The position numbers and the translations under genes are program-made. Positions 27,415 through 32,000 of a DNA stretch of 32,000 bases are shown piece by piece (the stretch's first letter is position 1; the number at the start of each line of letters is the position of its first letter). Location: positions 240,001-272,000 of the forward strand of contig NZ_CP064923.1 of the NCBI RefSeq assembly GCF_018336915.1, read 5' to 3'. Under the pieces are notes generated by a model, which ran no database searches, was not told the origin of the DNA, and saw only the letters and a program-made list of their open reading frames with translations. Source of the stretch: Acaryochloris marina S15 (lineage in GTDB: Bacteria; Cyanobacteriota; Cyanobacteriia; Thermosynechococcales; Thermosynechococcaceae).

Positions 27415-27720
27415 ATGAGTGAACCCAGCGATCAGGTCCCTATGAAAGATGCCACCCCTAGCGATCCTAATCGGGTTGAAGAATTCAAACTCAGCAGTGG
27501 CTCAGTGATGGATAAGGTAAAAGAGCTTGTCAAAAAAGGTAATGTCCGCAAAATTATCATTAAAACCGATGCCGGACGTTCCTTAATGGAGATTCCCCTT
27601 TCCGTAGGCATGGGGGTTGGCGCTGTCGGCATCATCACAGCTCCCTTATTGACCGTGTTGGGAGTCGTGGGTGTTTTCGCAGCACGCCTTACTATTGTTA
27701 TAGAGAAATCGCTGGAATAG
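27415..27720 (+). CDS. DUF4342 domain-containing protein
   Basis: Family-typical EEFKLSSGSVMDKVKELVKKGNVRKIIIKTDAGRSLMEIPLSVGMGVGAVG followed by a hydrophobic tail. The ATG at 27415 is preferred over the TTG at 27388. Confidence 0.75.
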   Translation: MSEPSDQVPMKDATPSDPNRVEEFKLSSGSVMDKVKELVKKGNVRKIIIKTDAGRSLMEIPLSVGMGVGAVGIITAPLLTVLGVVGVFAARLTIVIEKSLE

Positions 27721-27732
27721 TTAAGGACTGGA

Positions 27733-28173
27733 ATGGAATTTCAAACGCAAGCTCAGCAAGAGTGCCACACCAAAGTTGCCGGTTGGATGGACAAACTCTT
27801 TGAGCAAATCCCTTGGGAGAAACTAGATGAGCCTGGTTTTGGCCTGTTTATGGGCTCAGCATGGGTGGAGGTGCGCGTTTATCCCTGGCAAGAAGATAGT
27901 GTCATCAATATTCGCTCTACCGTTGTCTCAGGTGCGAAGATGGCTGCTGATTTGCAGGCTCATCTATTGCGTGAAAACGCAGCAATGCGGTTTGGTGCTT
28001 TTTCTGTGAATGATGCAGGTGACATCCTGTTTGAGCATACGATTGTGGGTTCAACTTGTGACCCCAATGAGTTAGAAGCCTCTGTGCATGCGGTCTTGGC
28101 TGCTGCCGATAATTACGACGATCAGATTGTTGAGCGTTGGGGCGGGGAGCGGGCTTTGGACCGGAATCCTTGA
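27733..28173 (+). CDS. YbjN-like (type III secretion chaperone-like / putative sensory transduction regulator) protein
   Basis: 146 aa, with the ATG 12 nt after the DUF4342 stop and AAGGA upstream. The assignment rests on overall resemblance to cyanobacterial YbjN-domain proteins, not on a diagnostic motif. Confidence 0.5.
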   Translation: MEFQTQAQQECHTKVAGWMDKLFEQIPWEKLDEPGFGLFMGSAWVEVRVYPWQEDSVINIRSTVVSGAKMAADLQAHLLRENAAMRFGAFSVNDAGDILFEHTIVGSTCDPNELEASVHAVLAAADNYDDQIVERWGGERALDRNP

Positions 28174-28192
28174 AGATGGCTCACAAAGACTG

Positions 28193-28237
28193 TTCGGCCA
28201 GTGTCTAACGGCGTGAAGGAGCCAGACATTGGCCGAA
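28193..28237 (+). other. 14-bp stem hairpin between the YbjN-like and L,D-transpeptidase genes
   Basis: TTCGGCCAGTGTCT (28193-28206) pairs with AGACATTGGCCGAA (28224-28237), with one G-U on the + strand RNA, and has a 17-nt loop. No U-tract follows. Its function is unknown; it could be an attenuator or a processing site. Confidence 0.35.
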
Positions 28238-28263
28238 AACACTAATATTGATGGAATTGGAAC

Positions 28264-28938
28264 ATGAAGCTATCCACCAAGAGACTCCTATTCGTTGGGA
28301 TTTTCTTGCTAGCTTGTGTGGGCTTATATGGTGTGTTTAGCAAGCTGGGATTAGTTTTTTCCCTCACTCATTTTCCTGAGGTTTTATGTGGTGAAAAGTG
28401 TGCTCCTAAGGGATTACATCAGCCTCCCGTGGGCGATGGCCTGATCAATGGAGATCAGGCCATCGCAACCCTCATGAATCTCTCTACCCTAGACTCTGAA
28501 AAAATCACCCTTCTGATCGAAAAATCTAAATTTAGACTGACCGTTTACTACGATCAAAAACCCCTCAAGTCCTATCCTGTGGTGTTGGGTAGTGCACCGA
28601 CAGGAGACAAGTTACGAGAAGGCGATCGCAAAACACCCGAAGGTCTGTTTCAAATCCAAGACAAATATCCCCATCCCAGCTGGTCAAAATTTCTCTGGAT
28701 TAATTATCCAACCGCCGACTCTTGGCGCAAACACCTGGACGCCAAACGTCAGGGCAAAATCAAGGTTAGCGATACCGTTGGTAGCGAAATTGGTATTCAT
28801 GGGGTGCCAGTCGGATCGAATCATTTAGTGGATCAGCGTCAGAACTGGACTTGGGGCTGTATTTCTCTCAAAAATCAAGATGTGGATGAGTTATATGGAG
28901 TTGTGAGCAAAGGGACTTGGATTGAGATTTTGCCTTAG
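28264..28938 (+). CDS. L,D-transpeptidase (YkuD) family protein
   Basis: 224 aa with an N-terminal TM or signal anchor. The catalytic motif is IGIHG...(18 aa)...WGCISL, matching H-x(n)-GC(I/V). Confidence 0.85.
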   Translation: MKLSTKRLLFVGIFLLACVGLYGVFSKLGLVFSLTHFPEVLCGEKCAPKGLHQPPVGDGLINGDQAIATLMNLSTLDSEKITLLIEKSKFRLTVYYDQKPLKSYPVVLGSAPTGDKLREGDRKTPEGLFQIQDKYPHPSWSKFLWINYPTADSWRKHLDAKRQGKIKVSDTVGSEIGIHGVPVGSNHLVDQRQNWTWGCISLKNQDVDELYGVVSKGTWIEILP

Positions 28939-29108
28939 CTGTATAGAAGGCATCTCTGTCCCTACCAATCTGTTGGCTGAGAAATCTTGAATCCGCTAGC
29001 CGTGCTTGATGAATTAGAGGGACAGCGATATTTGTAGGCTGTTTTTGAAGTCAGAATTTGTCGGTTCTTAGACGGACATTTGATGCTTATGGTTAGGTGG
29101 TGAAAGTA

Positions 29109-29113
29109 TAGAT
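29109..29113. repeat. target-site duplication TAGAT (left of the IS)
   Basis: TAGAT immediately abuts the IS terminal inverted repeat, and an identical pentamer sits at 30880-30884. The final T could instead belong to the IR, which would make it a 4-bp duplication. Confidence 0.65.
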
Positions 29114-30879
29114 CCTACATTCAGCAGGCTAGCTAGCAGAGCAGATAATATTTTTTACAGCCCTTCCCAAGGAACGGCAAGATAAGTTGCTGCCTGCTGT
29201 TGAGCTTGATGAGATGCTTGGCACCATCAAGCCAAACTAAATGGACGGCCTGAAAGCATTGGAGAATCCAACGTAACGTAGGTTTCATAGTTTGTTTCCC
29301 CTTCTGATTAGGGAGAGTTGTTTGTACTTGTTCTAGTGCATTTCTTAACTGTCGTTGTCCTAAGCTGTAGACCATCAAACACAAGGCCATGATCATGGCT
29401 AAGGCAGCGATACGCCGAGGTGTCTTCAGGAAAACACTAGAGGCAAAGAAGAGTGGATCTTTGATAAAGCGAAAGCCTCCTTCACACGCCTGCTGGTTCT
29501 TATACTCGCGCAGAATATCATCATTGCTCCATTGCTCTTGTTCCAAGAGATTGGTGGCTAAGATGAAACGACCTGCTTGCCGCCGATAGCGTTCGATGAC
29601 TGGCTCATTGAGGGTTAAGGTAGCCTCAATAGAATAGGTGTAGTGAGTCACAACCGTTGCTTTTGTCGGTCGTCCAGCCTTTGAATAATGAGGTTTTTTG
29701 TGGATTTTGAGATCGTCAAGGGTGTGATACCTGAGGATTTTGCCAAAATCTTGGGCTGCAGCTAAAGCATCTGCAGGGCACAAGAAGGTCTGTTTGCAGA
29801 GGGTTTTAAGTGCAGTAGTTTTTTGGCTAAACGCCTGATCAATCCGCTTTTGCACTTGTTTGAGTCCAGAGTCTCTGCGAGCTTTACTTTCAACCACCAG
29901 CCACCGTTGTTGAATCTCTCCATAGGTACTACATACTTCGACAAAGCTATAGCCGTTGAGAGCACTGGGGTGAAACTGTGAACCCGGCAGCCCTTGTAAT
30001 AAGTCTTGGGCTGCCGTTGAACTTGCTGGAACTCGGCTAATCCAAGATGTACTTCCTAATGCTTGCAGATTGTCGGCACTGTAGAGGGCACTATCAGCAA
30101 CAATCACCTCTGGCTGTTGCTGACTCCACTGTTGCTTAAATTCATGGATGATAGGCACAAACGTACTTTTGTCCGCATCATTACCGTTGCCCACTTGTAA
30201 AAATAAAGGAATACCCCCGTCCCCACTCACCAGTAGGTTCAATACAAACTGCTTGAGATCACGACGATTGTCCCGTGAGTAGCCGTAGGTGATTTTCACG
30301 GGTATCGGCTCCTCTGATTCAGCCAGTGCAGGGGAGGGGGACTCAGGTGCAGAGGGGGATTCGTCTGACGCCTCAACCTGTGGTTTATCTAAGTATTGCC
30401 CCTCAACACTAAGGCTTGTCGCATCTAGATGCGCACACCTTAGAGCTACATCGAATTTCTGAACGACTGCCATTGCCACATGGATAAATATCTGGGTCAC
30501 ACCATAGGCATAGAGCTTGTCGAGGACTCGACCGATACGGGTATCGTTGAGGTGCTCTGGCAGTACACCTTGACCGAGTAAGTGCTCGGTTGCTTTGCTT
30601 TCGAAAAACTCACTAAATAAGTACAATGGAGCACTCAAAAAGCCCATACCATTTAGAATCAGGGCTTTGACAACTTGACCACAACTAACATTCTCTTGCT
30701 CGTGAGTACCTAATAATCGATCCACTATTTCGACAATGCCGATCTCATCGACGATACCGGCAATAATACCGAGATGGTCAATATCCTGAACGTCTATCTC
30801 TTGAGGTGAATACATGGACTTGCGTTGAGAGACAACCTCAAAATTATCCCTTGATGGTTAGTACCTGCTGAATGTCGGA
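29114..30879 (-). mobile_element. IS1634/IS4-type insertion sequence, about 1,766 bp, apparently intact
   Basis: Terminal inverted repeats are (T)CCTACATTCAGCAGG at 29113-29128 and CCTGCTGAATGTCGGA at 30864-30879, matching at 15 of 16 positions. They are flanked by the TAGAT direct repeat. The element encodes a single 560-aa transposase ORF that fills it. Confidence 0.8.
29133..30815 (-). CDS. IS1634 family (IS4-like DDE) transposase
   Basis: 560 aa. The N-terminus IDVQDIDHLGIIAGIVDEIGIVEIVDRLLG...CGQVVKALILNGMGF is typical of IS1634-family transposases. The ORF is uninterrupted and starts with ATG. Confidence 0.85.
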   Translation of the reverse strand: MYSPQEIDVQDIDHLGIIAGIVDEIGIVEIVDRLLGTHEQENVSCGQVVKALILNGMGFLSAPLYLFSEFFESKATEHLLGQGVLPEHLNDTRIGRVLDKLYAYGVTQIFIHVAMAVVQKFDVALRCAHLDATSLSVEGQYLDKPQVEASDESPSAPESPSPALAESEEPIPVKITYGYSRDNRRDLKQFVLNLLVSGDGGIPLFLQVGNGNDADKSTFVPIIHEFKQQWSQQQPEVIVADSALYSADNLQALGSTSWISRVPASSTAAQDLLQGLPGSQFHPSALNGYSFVEVCSTYGEIQQRWLVVESKARRDSGLKQVQKRIDQAFSQKTTALKTLCKQTFLCPADALAAAQDFGKILRYHTLDDLKIHKKPHYSKAGRPTKATVVTHYTYSIEATLTLNEPVIERYRRQAGRFILATNLLEQEQWSNDDILREYKNQQACEGGFRFIKDPLFFASSVFLKTPRRIAALAMIMALCLMVYSLGQRQLRNALEQVQTTLPNQKGKQTMKPTLRWILQCFQAVHLVWLDGAKHLIKLNSRQQLILPFLGKGCKKYYLLC

Positions 30880-31340
30880 TAGATATATATTTTGTTCGTT
30901 TTAGCATCGATACCAATCCAGCCGTGAATCCGTTGGGTGTAAGGACGCAGCTTAAATAATTCCAAGGAAGAATATTCAGCAACATTTACCCACCAATCTG
31001 GTGACGCTTGGGGGGCAACATAGTCAGGCTGAACTTTAAGGGGCAACAGCTTACCTCGCCAAGCAGACAAATCGTCGGGTTTGATCTCCAACATGCCAAA
31101 TGACACATAATCGCTGGGTCCTAACTGGTTGTCCCCAATTTGTTCTTCAAGAAAGTAGGCATTTTGCAATGGGCTGGGGAGCGGCTCTTGCGTGACTAAC
31201 AGCTTAGTGACGGTTGCAATCCGTTCAGATTTTGGACCTTCTATTTCGCTAACTGTGACAGGAGCAGACTTTGTGGAAAACCCCGGCTGGCAGGCTGTGA
31301 TTAGCATAGAGCCTAAAATCGTTAGTATTTTTTGCCACAT
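30858..31340 (-). CDS. hypothetical lipoprotein (160 aa as it stands), 3' end rewritten by the IS insertion
   Basis: Signal peptide with lipobox MLITAC, and AGGAG upstream of the ATG. The last six codons plus the stop (PTFSRY*) are encoded by the IS terminal repeat. Removing the IS and one TSD copy restores ...KIYIYTFTT* with a stop at 29093-29095. Confidence 0.7.
   Translation of the reverse strand: MWQKILTILGSMLITACQPGFSTKSAPVTVSEIEGPKSERIATVTKLLVTQEPLPSPLQNAYFLEEQIGDNQLGPSDYVSFGMLEIKPDDLSAWRGKLLPLKVQPDYVAPQASPDWWVNVAEYSSLELFKLRPYTQRIHGWIGIDAKTNKIYIYPTFSRY
30880..30884. repeat. target-site duplication TAGAT (right of the IS)
   Basis: Matches 29109-29113 and directly abuts the right terminal IR. 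Confidence 0.65.
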
Positions 31341-31522
31341 CCATCCTGTTCTCCTGGCTGGATTGAGTCACGGGGTATTTGGCCAGCTCAGCACAACCCA
31401 TAACTCATCCTGTTCTCTCCACGATAACAACAGGAAATTTAATTTTAGGTATAAAGTGCGGTTTTATTAGGTGTCTTAGCTGAAATGATAGGTATGAAAT
31501 GGGCTTATATTGGCTGTCTAAG

Positions 31523-31981
31523 TCATTTGCCCAATTCCGCTAGCCGCTTATCGAGCAGCATCAAAAAGGGTTTAATGTGATCTTGATCGGGGGTGTAGTA
31601 AAGGTTGGCATTGCCCCGGTCCGTATCCTCCCAAAATTTAGGTTGGGATGCCCGTAAGCGATCGCAGGTTTTCTTAATCCGCTTTCGAAAGGCCTTGTCC
31701 CCCAGAACGGCTATATCATCCAGGATGTCGGCGATGATACAGTCCACAAAATCATACTTTTGCTCTTTGAGATAAAACAGAGCTAAACAAATTTGCAGCG
31801 TGCGGACGCCACTATTGAGGTGGGGGTGGTTGAGGCTATCTGTTTCAATCGCTGGTGGCCGATCGACGAGTAGCATCTCTCCCAGCAGCTGTTTTTGAAT
31901 CTCTTCAGACCATTGTTGTTGATGGACTAGCACCAAGATTTTTTTCATCTCGGCTGCCACCACATCCACAATGAAATACAT
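31523..31981 (-). CDS. hypothetical protein (at least 152 aa)
   Basis: ORF with an ATG at 31981. The reading frame stays open upstream to the window edge (..GRTSSA-M), so the true start may lie beyond 32000. No family recognised. Confidence 0.5.
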   Translation of the reverse strand: MYFIVDVVAAEMKKILVLVHQQQWSEEIQKQLLGEMLLVDRPPAIETDSLNHPHLNSGVRTLQICLALFYLKEQKYDFVDCIIADILDDIAVLGDKAFRKRIKKTCDRLRASQPKFWEDTDRGNANLYYTPDQDHIKPFLMLLDKRLAELGK

Positions 31982-32000
31982 GGCAGAACTGGTCCGACCA

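Noticed and set aside
31342-31417. 12-nt direct repeat CATCCTGTTCTC (31342-31353 and 31406-31417). On the minus strand this gives two GAGAACAGGATG units (RBS-like sequence plus ATG), the upstream one opening a 6-codon ORF (MSYGLC*)
   Set aside because: It is short and could be chance. There is no supporting structure or conservation that I can assess, so I record it only as a curiosity.

Overview
This looks like a cyanobacterial chromosomal segment. The evidence is 11 exact copies of the HIP1 octamer GCGATCGC, two GTA-N8-TAC NtcA boxes, a Tab2/DUF1092 gene and a GH57 gene. I cannot name the genus from sequence alone. Most of the window is ordinary housekeeping:
- Lipid and translation genes: fabD, plsC, def, gatA.
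- Envelope genes: a polyprenyl-phosphate sugar transferase, an M48 peptidase, a Wzy/O-antigen-ligase-like protein, an L,D-transpeptidase and lipoproteins.
- A polyamine operon: a fused AdoMet decarboxylase/aminopropyltransferase followed by an agmatinase-family ureohydrolase.
- Glycoside hydrolases GH57 and GH10, and several hypothetical genes.

I found no rRNA, tRNA or CRISPR array, and no convincing self-contained novel multi-gene system such as a defence island. The features most worth a second look are:
1. Two tandem ammonium-transporter genes share a 1,511-bp tract with a single mismatch, while their flanks are far more diverged. This is a gene-conversion signature. Each copy keeps its own perfect NtcA box, and the two C-terminal tails differ.
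2. An IS1634/IS4-type element (about 1,766 bp, TAGAT target duplication) is inserted four codons before the stop of a lipoprotein gene.
3. The speD-speE fusion lies 2 nt from a ureohydrolase and sits behind a 358-bp leader that carries a perfect hairpin and an ATGA-coupled 12-codon uORF.
4. An MRB1590-like ABC-class ATPase is divergent from a 2H phosphoesterase plus an acidic orphan gene.

Several ORF-track starts are TTG-initiated extensions. I moved these to the first ATG where that removed gene overlaps.
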